Below, piece by piece: positions 34,491 to 46,905 of a stretch of DNA of 64,000 nucleotides. This stretch comes from Sphyrna mokarran (taxonomy: Eukaryota). Location of the stretch: contig JAGIQG010000005.1 in the NCBI GenBank assembly GCA_024679065.1, positions 51,894,001-51,958,000 of the forward strand, in the 5' to 3' direction. A program made the position numbers and the translations under genes. Position 1 is the first letter of the stretch, and every line of letters starts with the position of its first letter. Below the pieces are notes generated by a model, which ran no database searches, had not been told where the DNA came from, and saw only the letters and a program-made list of their open reading frames with translations.

Positions 34491-35508
34491 GATATGGAGA
34501 TGTCAGCGTTGGACTGGGGTAAGCACAGTAAGAAATCTCACAAACCCAGATTAAAGTCCAATAGGTTTATGTGGTAGCACAAACCACAAGCTTTCAGAGC
34601 ACTGTTCCTTCACCAGGGTAGTGGGAGTTGTATTCACAAACAGGACATACAAAGACACAAACTCAATTTACAAGATAATAAGAACAAAGAACAATACAGC
34701 GCAGGAAACAGGCCGTTCAGCCCTCCAAGCCTGTGCCGCTCATTGGTCCAACTAGACCATTCTTCTATATCTCTCCATTCCCAGTCTGCTCATGTGACCT
34801 TCCAGATAAGTTTTAAACAATCCCAGCATGTCTGCCTCTGCCGCCCTGCTAGGCAGTGCATTCCAGGCCCCCACCACTCTCTGTGTAAAATACATTCCTC
34901 TGATATCTGAGTTAAACCTCGCCTCACCACCCCCCCTCATCTTGAGCCTGTGACCCCTATGTTTGTCATCTCTGATCTGGGAAAAAACTTCCCACTGTTC
35001 ACCCTATCTATACCCCTCATAATTTTATACACCTCTATTAGGTCTCCCGTCATTCTCCGTCTTTCCAGGGAAAACAACCCCAGTTTACACAGTCTCTCCT
35101 CATAGCTGAGATCTACCATACCAGGCAACATCGTGGTAAACCTTCTCTGTACTCTCTCCAAAGCCTCCACGTCCTTTTGGTGATGCGGCGAGCAGAACAG
35201 GACGCAGTACTCCAAATGTGGCCTAACCAACGTTCTATACAGCTGTAACATCAGACGCCAATTTTTATACTCTATGCCACGTCCTATAAAGGCAAACATG
35301 CCAAATGCCTTTTTCACCACCTTCTTCTCCACCTATGCTGCCATCTTGAAGGGTCTGTGGATTAAGGATAATGGTTGGAATGCGAATTTTTACAGGTAAT
35401 CAAGTCTTAAAGGTACAGACAATGTGAGTGGAAAGAGAGTTAAGCACAGGTTGTAGAGATGTGTATTGTCTCCAGCCAGGACAGTTAGTGAGATTTTGCA
35501 AGCCCATT
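34491..35508 (-). mobile_element. Penelope-like element terminal segment with a decayed hammerhead motif, split by a CR1
   Basis: GGAGATGTCAGCGTTGGACTGGGGTAAGCACAGTAAGAA...AAGTCCAATAGGTTTAT...AGCTTTCAGAGCACTGTTCCTTCACCAGG; resumes at 35367 with GATAATGGTTGGAATGCG. Confidence 0.7.
34680..35362 (-). mobile_element. CR1 3' portion with a short 3' UTR
   Basis: ORFs 34937-35332 and 34752-34940; tail (AAGAACA)n; TSD GATAAT at 34674-34679 and 35367-35372. Confidence 0.92.
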
Positions 35509-35689
35509 AAATATAATATTTTAAGTATGAACAGATGACTGATAACTATCTCGTTTTAGGCAACCCCTTTCTTTCTTAAGAATGACATACTTCCTCTCTG
35601 GTTTGATAGGTCCTAGATGGCTAAAATGTCCAAAGTGACCTGCAGACCCTCCAATATGCAAAGCAGATAATGCTTGAAGGTTCAGGACA

Positions 35690-36197
35690 ATGAACTCTTA
35701 GATTGCACTCTCTGCCATGCCTCAACTCTGCCTCTGAGTGTTCTTGACAAAGTCTCTTGAAGTGTTCACTGTCTTCTCAAAGGGACCATTTCCATTTTGG
35801 TCAGTCACAAGCCAGGGACTCCCATGAGTTGTCAGGGATATTTGACCTTTCCTAGGATGCTTCCATGGCATCCTTAAAACATTTCCACTGTTCTTCTGGA
35901 AATCTTCTGCTGGACCGAGTTCCGAGTAATGTAACTGCTTCAGGAGTTGGTGTCAGCCATATGATCAAGAGGTTGCAAGCATTAGAGCTGGCTTTGAGTG
36001 ATTAGCACCTCGATGTTGGGTATATTGGCTTGGGAGAGGATGCTGTTATTGATCCACCTTTCTTGCTACCAGATTTGAAGGATCTTCCAAAAACACTACT
36101 AATACTACTTATTCAGTGCTTTGACTTGTCTGCTGTAGATTGCCTAAGGTTCCAAAACATAAGGGAGCATAGGGATCATTGCTGTCTTGCACAGTAT
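35690..36197 (-). mobile_element. RTE-clade (BovB-like) LINE 3' fragment
   Basis: Minus strand reads IYSRQVKALN...KILQIW*QERWINNSILSQANIPNIEVLITQSQL...HYSEL...QWKCFKDA...NSWESLACD*PKW, the RTE C-terminal pattern. Confidence 0.8.
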
Positions 36198-36214
36198 AAA
36201 GGGCATCTGCATCT

Positions 36215-36500
36215 TATAGATGATGTATTAAACCAAAGCAATGTCTGCCTCCTCAGATGAACTTAAGTGATCCCATGCACTATGTGAAGGCGAACTAAAC
36301 AAATCCCCTGCATATCTTGATCAATTAAATTCCCTCTAATGCAAACTTAGCTAATCACTTATCTCTGCTGCTTGTTGGATTTCACTGTTTGGAAATTGGT
36401 GCAGTGCTTGCTCACCTAACAACGCTTCACAAACAATTCATTGACTTTGAGCATTTTGGGACATCCTGAACGTGAAAGGCACTATGCAAATGCAAATTAC
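36215..36500 (+). mobile_element. DeuSINE (SacSINE1-like) with L2-type tail
   Basis: GATCCCATGCACTAT...GAAATTGG...TTTGGGACATCCTGAACGTGAAAGGCACTATGCAAATGCAA. Confidence 0.72.
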
Positions 36501-37529
36501 AAGTTCTTTGTTTTTCTGTTTCAAGATTTTATTGGAGCAATTTGTTCCTGCCCATTCCAATCCAAAAATTTCCTACCGTGGAGATAATCAGCCATTTAAC
36601 TTAATGTCAGTTTGTTCACCCTAGTTTCAATCCAACTAACATTGATGTTGCATCAATTAAGCTGATAATCTTTTTTTTGTCTTATGGAAGCAAGACGTTG
36701 ATACCAATATACATGGAGTCACAACTAACAAATTACATTACTTGGTTTTCAAGCAGATCACTATTTTACTTTGCAAATGCATAATTTGTTCTCATTGTAC
36801 CACTTACCCTATGTTCCTGTAACAGTATCATCTTCTTGTACAGTTTTCTTCTTAAATGTCCAGGTTTGTTGCTCCATGTTTCCTATCTGTAATATAAAAT
36901 AGAATTGTAAGAATTATTTAATGAAGAATGAATATTATATTGAAGGAATCAATTGACAGAGTTGCTAGCACAATGGGCTGAATCTTGACAGAGTGACTGC
37001 ATAGGTCAGAAAAGCATTGATGGAAGCGGGATGGGGGAATACAGATTCTGTCAGGAAATGTAAATGTTAGGCTTCCCTATACAACAACTACTTTTATTTT
37101 ACCTTCACTAGACTTCCCTCCTTTTGCTTTGCTCTCTGCTGTGTTTATGCACCCAAATGTTTCTTCAGCTTTTCTCATTCCAGTATGCTACTTCATATAT
37201 AATCTGACTAGTTTCTGGCTTCAGATTATAGACTTATATTGCTGATGCTCTCTAAAGTAATCACGTTACCGTACTAGATAGTTTATCACTCAGAGAGAAA
37301 TTGAGGAGTTCTGTAACTCCTTGTAGGAGTATTATGTGAATGCTGTTCTGAAAAATATGGATAAAGGGATGAGCTACTAGACAGAAAAGCCCAGGCTAAA
37401 TTTAATCCAGAACAGCACCTCTGGTGTGAAGAGATGTGACAGCCCTTCAACACCTGGAAACTAGATAGGATTGAAATTAATCATCAAGGATAAAATCTTT
37501 CATTTTGTTCACACATGAAGGTTACAATT

Positions 37530-37830
37530 AAAGTTTATTTATTAGTCACAAATAGGCTTACATTAACACTGCAATGGAGTCACTGTAAAAAGCCCCCAGT
37601 CGCCACACCTCAGCACTTGTTGGAGTACATTGAGGGAGAATTTAGCATGACCAATGTGCCTAACTATACATCTTTCAGACTATGGGAAGAAACTGGAGTA
37701 CCTGGAGGAAACCCATACAGACACAGGGAGAATGTGCAGACTCCACACTGACAGTGAACTAAGCTGGGAATCAAACCTGGGTTCCTGACACTGTGAGACA
37801 GCAGTGCTAACCATTGCATCAACGTGCCGT
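37530..37830 (-). mobile_element. Full-length V-SINE with the alternative (Rex-like) tail
   Basis: AAGTTTATTTATTAGTCACAAATAGGCTTACATTAACACTGCAATG...CTCCACACTGACAGTG...GCAGTGCTAACCA. Confidence 0.88.
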
Positions 37831-38829
37831 GCACATTATAAACCTGATCATGAATAAACATAATGACAATATAAAACTGAATCTAATGCAAAAGCTACTG
37901 GAAGATACTGGATGGCTAAAATAAAAACAGAAAATTATTAAACATCATTAACTTAAAATGTTAGTTTTGTTTTTCTCTCTCTCACCGCCCGAAAAGCTGA
38001 GTAATTCCTGCATTCTCTGATTCTGAAACTCAATCAAGTTGACAACTTCTTGGAAAGAAATAAAATGAAGATTAGGAAAAATATCTGGTTCAATGAGGCA
38101 ACTTTTCTTAGTTGCATCGGAGTAAATATCCCATCCTATGGGATATCTACTCCTGTGGCTGCAATTATATTTGTTTTTGGGTTGCAACAGAAAATGCTGG
38201 AAAAACTCAGCAGATTCTGGCAACAGCTAAGTTGAGAAACAGAGTTAACATTTCAAATCGGTATGGATCTTCAGAACTCAAAGAAAGAAAGGAGAAAAAT
38301 TTCAACCCCATATCTCTTAATGCAAATGTTGAAGATTAAAAGCTATAGCACTCTCAAGTCTAATGGCAAATGAGGCAAGATGTTGACAAGAAGTAAATGC
38401 AGAGATCTGTCAGTTACTGCCTCTCCCAGTTACTGCTAACCTCTGCAGCTAATGTCCCTCCCACAGCCAGCTACCAAGGGCCTCTGCGGTCAATTCCATC
38501 ACCCCTCCCATTGCATAGCCTATCTGTCTGATCCCCATCTCATACGTCCCCCCATTACTACCATTGGGTTCTGTGGCTGAGCATCCACCCCCCCTCCACC
38601 ACTGCCACCCGCCCCCCCCTCCCCACCCAACACACACACACAGACTGGACAATCGCCAGTTGCAAAGTATGCAGCATCCCACCCCCCAGTTGCTGTTGTC
38701 GAGTGCATTGCATTTCCCCCTCCTGTTTGGCCTACCCTCTGAGGCCCTTGCCCCTTGGTACTGCCTGGTGTCCAGTGGGCATTGTCCGTGTGCCAGTCTG
38801 GCAGTGCCAGGATGCTTCATCAGGGGAAT

Positions 38830-39410
38830 GGTTTGTGGATCAGGGTAGTCAAATACCAATTGAACATATACTACCGTGTACAGCACTGGTCTCATAATTT
38901 AAGGAAAGATGTAAATGCATTGGAAGCAATTCAAAGAAGGTTTATTAGACCAATCCCTGGAATGGGTGGGTGTCAAATGAGGAAAGTCCAGACAGGCCAG
39001 GCTATACCCACTGGAGTTTAGAACAGGAAGGTTTGATTGTAGTATATAAGACTCTGAAAGGTCTTTACATTGTGGATGTGGAAAGATTGTTTCCTCTTGT
39101 GGGAGAATCCAGAATTAAAGTTCACAGTTTAAAATCAGAGGTCACCCATTTAAGACAGAAATGTGAAGGGTTTTTTTTTCTCTTAGAGGGTTATGAGTCT
39201 TCCTCAAAAGGCATGCATGCAGAATCATTGAATACTTTTAAGGAAGTGCTGGATAGATTCTTGATAACCAAGGAAGCGGAAGGTTTCCGGGAAGTAGGCG
39301 GAAATGTAGGGTTGAGGTTACAATCAGATCAGCCATAATCTTATTGAATGGCATAGCAGACTTAAGGGGGTGAATGGCCTACCCCTGCTCCTAATTTGTA
39401 AGCTTTTGTT
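38830..39410 (+). mobile_element. Old CR1 3' portion
   Basis: YRVQHWSHNLRKDVNALEAIQRRFIRPIPGM, DVERLFPLVGESR; tail GAATGGCCTACCCCTGCTCCTAATT. Confidence 0.85.
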
Positions 39411-42400
39411 CATGCAGTCATAATCAATTAAACCAGATATACGGGCTGCAATTATGCAGGAAACTCTTCAAGTCTTGGGGACTATACCGAATTTTACTTC
39501 CCACACCTATAAGAATTAGAGAATTCTCAATTGTGCATATTTTGCCATTATTAGCCTATCCTTGCCTGTATTTCTTAAAAAAAATGATATATATTTCTTT
39601 TGACAGCAGTTTCCCCCAATGGAGTCCATCCACATTAACAAATATATATTAATTTGCATATGGTGAATTTAGATGGGATATTGTACAGAATAAGAGAGTC
39701 ATATAAATGATGATTTACCTCAACATAAGAGAGATAGGCGGAATGCAGATATGCTAACCTTCCCAGATTTGATATCACATTAAATGCAAAAATCAACAAG
39801 ATTAATCAATTTCTGTGTTGAAACCCATCACCTATACATCTAAACAGGCCATTTCGGACCATGCATCTCAACTTAAAAATAGCTGGATGAGAATAGGATT
39901 GGGTTCACTCTCCATGCTCAAAAATATCACTAAAATATCGGTCTTAGGTTTAGTGACCTCAGAACTTTCAGCTGCAATCCACCATTCTGAAGGAGCGGAT
40001 CAAATATGATCCATGATCAACACCATGGTAGTAATCATCATATCTTCAGTAGAAACACTTTGCCTGAACAGGGTTTAATCAAGGTGTTTGCAATAAACAC
40101 TTCCAAACATTAGCCTACACAATGAAAAAGATTTGCAATATTCAGGGTTTCTTTTACATAGCCCTCCTTCCTTCCATTCCCAAAACACTTTCCTCCTGTA
40201 GCTGCAATCAGGCTTTCATTGTAATCTCATAGCTTTTCATTTGTAACTTATAGAAGAAGAACCATATTGATTGAGGCTGATTTTTCTCAGTGAAACCTAT
40301 TGTTTGGAGATTATATACAAGCTAGGTGATTTTATCAAGTTCCCTTTGGTTTCATTTTCTTCCTTATCCTCCTGGGAGATCAAAACCTGGCTCGCACAGC
40401 AAATTGTCCTAAATTAAAGTTCCTTCTCCAACAGCATCACCCAAGCTTAGGTTTATGAGTGCAATTTTTTTTCATATAAACTTCATGTATTCTTTCCCTT
40501 TCCTTTTTACGAAACCCCTCACCAATTAAACAGAATGAAGCACGCACCAATACCTGCTCCCAATTAAGGGAAATCTGTATTCTTGCCACAGCCTGCAGAT
40601 TTTTTTTCTCACTCTCCCTTCATTAGCCCTATTCCTCTGAGGCTGGCTGGCTGGCTGCCAGGAATTGAAAATCCTAATACACAAGAACATCTCTCTTCCT
40701 CAGTCTCAGTGTTCCCCTCCACCCTTTCACCAAACACACAAATACAACAATTACAGGATTACATTTGCCTTCCAGTATTCTGGACTACGTTGGAATGAGA
40801 TAATACATTTGGCTCAGAATAAAAACCGTGTAATGTTTAAGGTTAATCAAAAAAAACTGAATGGTTTATTTAATTCTGCTTAGCTTCATTCAATCCACAT
40901 GATATTTTAGAAATTTACTTTTAACATTTCCATGCGAAAGTCCAGCATGACAGCAAGTTTGATAAAAGTAGGATGAAGTATGTCAGGAAGCTGTGATTAA
41001 TTTGAATTTTCTTTAAAGAACATTTAACAGATTAAAGCAATTGACATGATGCCAAAAGGTTAATAAACAAGGTATATCTCAAAACATTAATAAAAACACA
41101 ATTTTTTATTCAAATGTATTGTCTCCAAAGAACACGTTACGAAATATTGCCAGAGGGTGACAGGCAACACAAAGCAGGACTGATAGCTTCCTCAGTGGAG
41201 TGCAGGGCTCAGCGTAGTTTGTGAAAAAGTGACCAAGACAGGCAAGTGTAATTTTTCCATGTTAAGTAAAATAATTTACATGTTGCATGCATCTTACTTC
41301 TGAAAAAAAGGTGTCAGTTGTTAAGACATGTCAAAATGAAACAAGGTCTTTTTCAAATAAAAGACCAGTTCAGGTCTTCAGCTTTTGTGTGCAAATTTCT
41401 CACCAGTGCTGAGCAGCTCCACCAAGACAGTTAATGAGATGCAAACATAAGAGAACCTTTAACAAGCTGAGACTTGTGAATAAGGGACTTATCCCCTGAA
41501 GAGCAGACAAAGACCACAAAGCTGTCCGCAGCACTTAGGAGGCAACCACAAGACCTCCCAACCTGGTGACAGCCATGCTACTAAAGGCCAATGTTATCAG
41601 CACATGCATGAACTAGGAAGTTTACAAAAAAAAGTTGACTGTCCTTCTATGCATCTAAGAACCTTCAATGCATTTACTGAATAACTTTGTCCTTTAAAAC
41701 AGAACCCATTTGGTGTTTTAAAAACACCCACACATCTTTGCAGATTCAACTGGTAACAGGAAACCCAGACTTTTAATATGATTTTTTTTAAGTGCACCAA
41801 TAATGTTTTAGCCTCATTGAATTAAGCAAGCAGATTTAATGATGTTTGTATTCTAAGAAATTTAGAAGTAATAAGTCAACAATGGATGCATGTGTGTACT
41901 GAATGGTCAACCTGACTGGGTAATTTGATTGAAAAATAAAACTCAAGCTCGTCAATTCTTGAAATGTCTTCAGTTCAGGAATGTGGCAATAAACAGAAAT
42001 TTACAATTGCTTTCCAATCACATATTGAAAATGATTATAAAACCACCTATGTTGACACCAATTCTTTTCTCCAAACATTTCTTCAGTTGCTTTTCTCCTC
42101 ACTTCATATCCCTTTGTACTATTCACAGGCCCAAGAAGGTGCTAGATGACATGTACACATATTGATACCAATGACATTTAGTATTATACTTTTAGGAGAT
42201 CCACAAATGCATTCCAGCTTTATGCATTCACCAGTTTTTCCTTCTTTCCGGATGTGACCTCCTGCTCCCCCATTCTGCAACACTGATGTTCTATACAATT
42301 AGATGGAGACTTTGTTGATTACCAATCCTCCATCACTACAATGGCATCAAGCTGCAATTTCTCAAATGAAGCTTGTTTATGCACTGTTTATAAACGTTGA

Positions 42401-42597
42401 ATATAGTAGAGTTAGAAAACCAAATCATTAAAGCATAAAATTGTCAAACAAGCCCACAGGCACCTCACTAATTACATCTGCCATTATCTGACTTCCCTAA
42501 AGCAAGCTCTGCAATGTTTCTCGCTCCTTGTCCAAAGACAAATCAAACAAAATTTCAGAACAAATCTTACATTATTCATCCTAACACAAATGCACTC

Positions 42598-43840
42598 TGA
42601 TTGGATTTATTATTGTTACATGTATTAACATACAGTGAAAAGTATCTTTTTTGTGCTATGCAGACAAAACACACCATTCATAGAGAAGGAAATGAGAGAG
42701 CACAGAACGTAGTGTTACAGGCATAGCAAGGATGTAGAGAAAGATCAACTTATTCAAAAGTCTGATGGCAGCAGAGAAGAAGCTGTTCTTGAGTTGATTG
42801 GTAAATGGCCTCAGACGTTTGTATCTTTTTCCCGAAGGAAAAGGGTGGAAGAGAGAATGTCCAGAGTGCATAAGGCCTTAATTATGCTGGCTGCTTTGCC
42901 GAGCCAGAGGTAACTATAGACAGAGTCAATGGATGGGAGGCTGGTTTGTGTGGTGGTCTGAGCTTCATTCATGATTTTTTGTACTTTCTTGGGAGCTTGG
43001 GCAGAGCAGAAGCCATACCAAGCTGTGATACAACCAGAAAGAATGCTTTCTATAGTGCATCTATAAATGTTGGTGGAAGTTATAGCAGACATGCTAAATT
43101 CCCTTAGTCTTTTGAGAAAGTCGAGGCATTGGTGAGTTTTCTTAATTATAGTGTTGGCAGGGGGGGCCAGTACAAGTTGTTGGTGATCCAAACACCTAAA
43201 AACCTGAAGTTCTCAACCATTTCTAGTTCATCTTCATTGATGTTTTTATGATGCTTTGGGAAATTGATGACAATCTCCTTCACTTTTCTGATATAGGGGG
43301 AGAGATTATTGCACTAATTTACCAGATTCTCTATCTCATTCTTATACTCTGACGCATTATTGTTTGAGATCCGATCCACTATAGTGGAGTTGAAGGGGAA
43401 TTTAGCCACACAGTCATAGGTGTATAAGGAATATGGTAGGGAGCTGAGAACAGAGCCTTGTAGAACACCAGTGTTAAGGATAATCGTGGAACAGGTGCTA
43501 TTGCCTATCCTTACTGATTGTGGTCTGTGGGTTAGGAAGTTCGACATCCAGTCACAGAGAGAGCAGCCAAGCCCAAGGAGTTTGGAGATGAGTTTCGTAA
43601 GAATAATGGTGCTGAAGGTTGAGCTGTAGTCGATAAATGGGAACATCATATAGGTGTCCTTGTTATGTAGTTGTTCCAGTGTTGAGTGTAGGGCCAGGGA
43701 GATGGCATTTGCTGTGGATCTGTTGCAACAGTAGGTGAACTCTACTGGATCCAGGCAATCCAGAAAGCTGGAATTGATTCATGCCATGACTAATCTTTTT
43801 ACGCACTTTATGATGATGGATGTCAGAGCCACCAAATGAT
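42598..43840 (-). mobile_element. Rex1/Babar-clade LINE, 5'-truncated
   Basis: [79 protein letters not shown]...LKNSFF. Confidence 0.9.
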
Positions 43841-44021
43841 TCTTATGGCAAATCAGGAGCAAACACAATTCATTATAGTACTTCCTCTCACTCTGAATCC
43901 CATTTCCTGCCGGATGTTGATCACTGTCCAATGAAGCCATAAACCATGAGTAATCTCAAAGTTCCACTCCACAGGGCTGAAATTTTCAGCATAGGTTTAG
44001 CTCAAGGTACCTCACCAACTG

Positions 44022-46309
44022 GCATATGAAATGGTTTTGGCTGACAGGATTAAGGAAAATCCAAAGGCTTTTTACTCCTATGTTAGGAATAAAAGGGTGG
44101 TTCGAGGAAAAATCGGACTTCTTAGGGACAGAGGAGGGGAACAGTGCTTAGAGCCGGAGGGAATGGAGAGATCCTGAATGAATACTTTGCGTCAGTATTC
44201 ATGAAGGAGAGGGGCTTGTTGACCGGCCCTGTCTCTGAGGGAGCTGTGGACCAGTTGAGGGAAATATCCATACCGAGGGAGGCAGTGTTAGAGCTTCTAA
44301 GTAGCATTAAAACTGATAAATCTCGGGGGCCTGATGGTATTTATCCCGGGCTACTTAGGGAGGCACAAGGTGAAATTGCTGGGCCTCTGACGCAAATCTT
44401 TGTCTCTTCTTTGGACACAGGTAAAGTCCCAGAGGACTGGAGAATAGCTAATGTTATACCCTTGTTTAAAAAGGATAGTAGGGATAAACCTGGAAATTAT
44501 AGGCTGGTGAGTTTGACATCAGTGGTAGGGAAGCTATTGGAGGGGATTCTTAGAGATAGGATGTACAGGCAGTTAGAGTGTTGCGATCTGATTAGGGATA
44601 CGCAGCATGGCTTTGTTAAAGGGAGGTCGTGCCTTACAAATCTGGTAGAATTTTTTGAGGAGATGACGAAAACGGTGGACGAAGGGTGAGCCGTTGATGT
44701 CGACTATATTGATTTCAGTAAGGCGTTTGACAAAGTCCCTCATGGGAGGTTAGTTGAAAAGGTCAAGGCTAATGGGATACAAGGACAGGTAGCTAGATGG
44801 ATAAGTAACTGGCTTGGTAATAGGAGACAGAGAGTAATAGTGGAAGGGTGTTTTTCTAGCTGGAGGTCAGTCACTAGTGGTGTGCCAGAGGGCTCAGTAC
44901 TGGGACCTCTTCTATTTGTAATATATATAAATGACTTGGAAGAGGGGGTAGTGGAGCAAGTTTGCAGATGATATAAAGATGGCTGGACGTGCGGATAATG
45001 AGAAGCATAGTCAGGTGATGCAGCAGGACATAGATAGGCTGGTAGTTGTGCAGATAGATGGCAGATGGAATTCAATCCTGATAAATGTGAGGTGATGCAT
45101 TTCAGGACAGAGAATGTAGGGGGGAGGTATATGATAAAAGGAAGACCTATTAAGAGTATAGAAATGCAGAGGGACCTGGGAGTGCAGGTGCATAAGTCTC
45201 TGAAGGTGGCAGAGCAGGTGCAGAAGGTTGTGAAGAAAGCATATGGTAAGCTAGCCTTTATAGGAAGGGATGTAGAGTACAAGAACTGGCCTTTAATGTT
45301 GCAGTTGTATAAAACGTTAGCTAGACCTCATGTGGAATACTGTGTCCAGTTCTGGTCGTCTTACTACCGAAAGGACGTGGAGACTGTGGAGAGAGTGCAG
45401 AGGAGGTTTACCAGGATGCTGCCTGGTATGGAAGGTCTGAGTTACGAAGAGAGGTTAGGCAAATTGGAACTGTTTTCCTTAGAAAGATGTAGACTTAGAG
45501 AAGATCTAATAGAGGTGTACAAGATTATGAGGGGTATAGATCGAGTAAGATTTTTCAAGGATGGACTCAAATAGCACGAGGGGTCACGGGCTTAGGGTGA
45601 GGGGAGTAATGTATAATTTGGATGCTAGAGGGAGTTTTTTCACACAGAGAGTGGTGAGGGTATGGAACGCACTGCCAGGTAAAGTGGTGAAGGCAGGCAC
45701 TCTGGAGTTATTTAAGAGGTACTTAGATGGGCACATGAACAGAATGGGAATGGAGGGATGTAGAAAACTGATTTAAAATAGGCATTATGAGCCTTGGGAG
45801 TCCCTGGAAAGTGTGTAAATAGTCAATGATATTGATGTATTTGTTTTTATCCTACAGCTATTTTGGTCCACCTTGTCGTCTAACAAAGGGCGTACACATG
45901 ATGGGTCGTGGGAGGGCTGCTCTTGGATTTTTTTTCGAGAGTATCCTAGTGTTCATGTCATTAGTGTATGCTTGACCTGGACCATTTGATGGGCAACAAT
46001 GACAGCTCGGTGACTATCGCTGTGCTGTGCAGATACGTGGATTTGGGCCCGTCTGTGGGAGTTTGCGCATTCTCCCCATGCTTGCTTGGGTTTTCTCCAG
46101 GTGCTCCGGTTTCCTCCCACATCCCAAAGATGTGCTCTTAGGCTGACTGGCAGAACAAATTCTCCCTAAATTGTCTGAAATTTTGTTTCAATCCATAGAC
46201 CTATAAACACAGACAGGGATCATGGGCAGAAGTGGGAACATCGAGGTGACAGCGCGGGCTCATTGGGCCGAAGGGCCTGTTTCCTGTGCTGTTTTGTTCT
46301 TTGTTCTTT
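44022..46309 (+). mobile_element. CR1 LINE, about 2.3 kb, with an unusually long 3' UTR containing a diverged V-SINE segment
   Basis: ORFs 44144-44689, 45065-45574 and 45561-45776 (RT motifs, a few stops and frameshifts). V-core at about 46050-46130. CR1 tail GGGCCGAAGGGCCTGTTTCCTGTGCTGT(TTCTTTG)n at 46265-46309. Confidence 0.88.
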
Positions 46310-46544
46310 ATGTGGGGAATCAGGAGACCATCAGACCCAACCGTACACACCCTGGACAATGGATGTGGCACAGTGAGGACTGCACAGGCTGCCACCAGCA
46401 GCTGGTCACTCAATATCAGTGGAAATGTACAGAGGATGTGTAGTACACTCTCCGTCCATTTCTACCTCAAATTATGAGGAAGGTCATCAAAATCCAACTT
46501 GCAACTAAAAAATGGCCTCCATGCTAAACCAAGTAGTTTACAGG

Positions 46545-46905
46545 GTTCTGGTGGCATAGTGGTAGTTTCACTGGACTAGTCATCCAGAAACCCAGGGTAA
46601 TGCTCTGGGCACAAGCAGATGATGAAATCCTGAATTCAATAATAATCTGGAGTTAAAAGCCTTATGATGACCAAGAAAAGATTGCTAATTGCTGTAAAAA
46701 CCCATCTAATTCATTAATGATCTTTAGGGAAGGAAATTTACCATCCTTCGCTGCTCCGGCCTGTGCATGACTCCAGACCCACAGCAGTGTAGTTGACTGT
46801 TAAATGCTTTCTTACATGACCTAGCAAGCCACTTAGTTCAAGAGTAATTTAGGATGGACAATAAATGTTGGCGCAGTCAGTGGCACTCACATCCCAAGAA
46901 TGATT
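46545..46905 (+). mobile_element. tRNA-headed SINE (third family)
   Basis: GGTGGCATAGTGGTAG head; TTTAGGGAAGGAAAT core; tail TAGGATGGACAATAAATGTTGGC...CACATCCCAAGAATGA. Confidence 0.85.
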
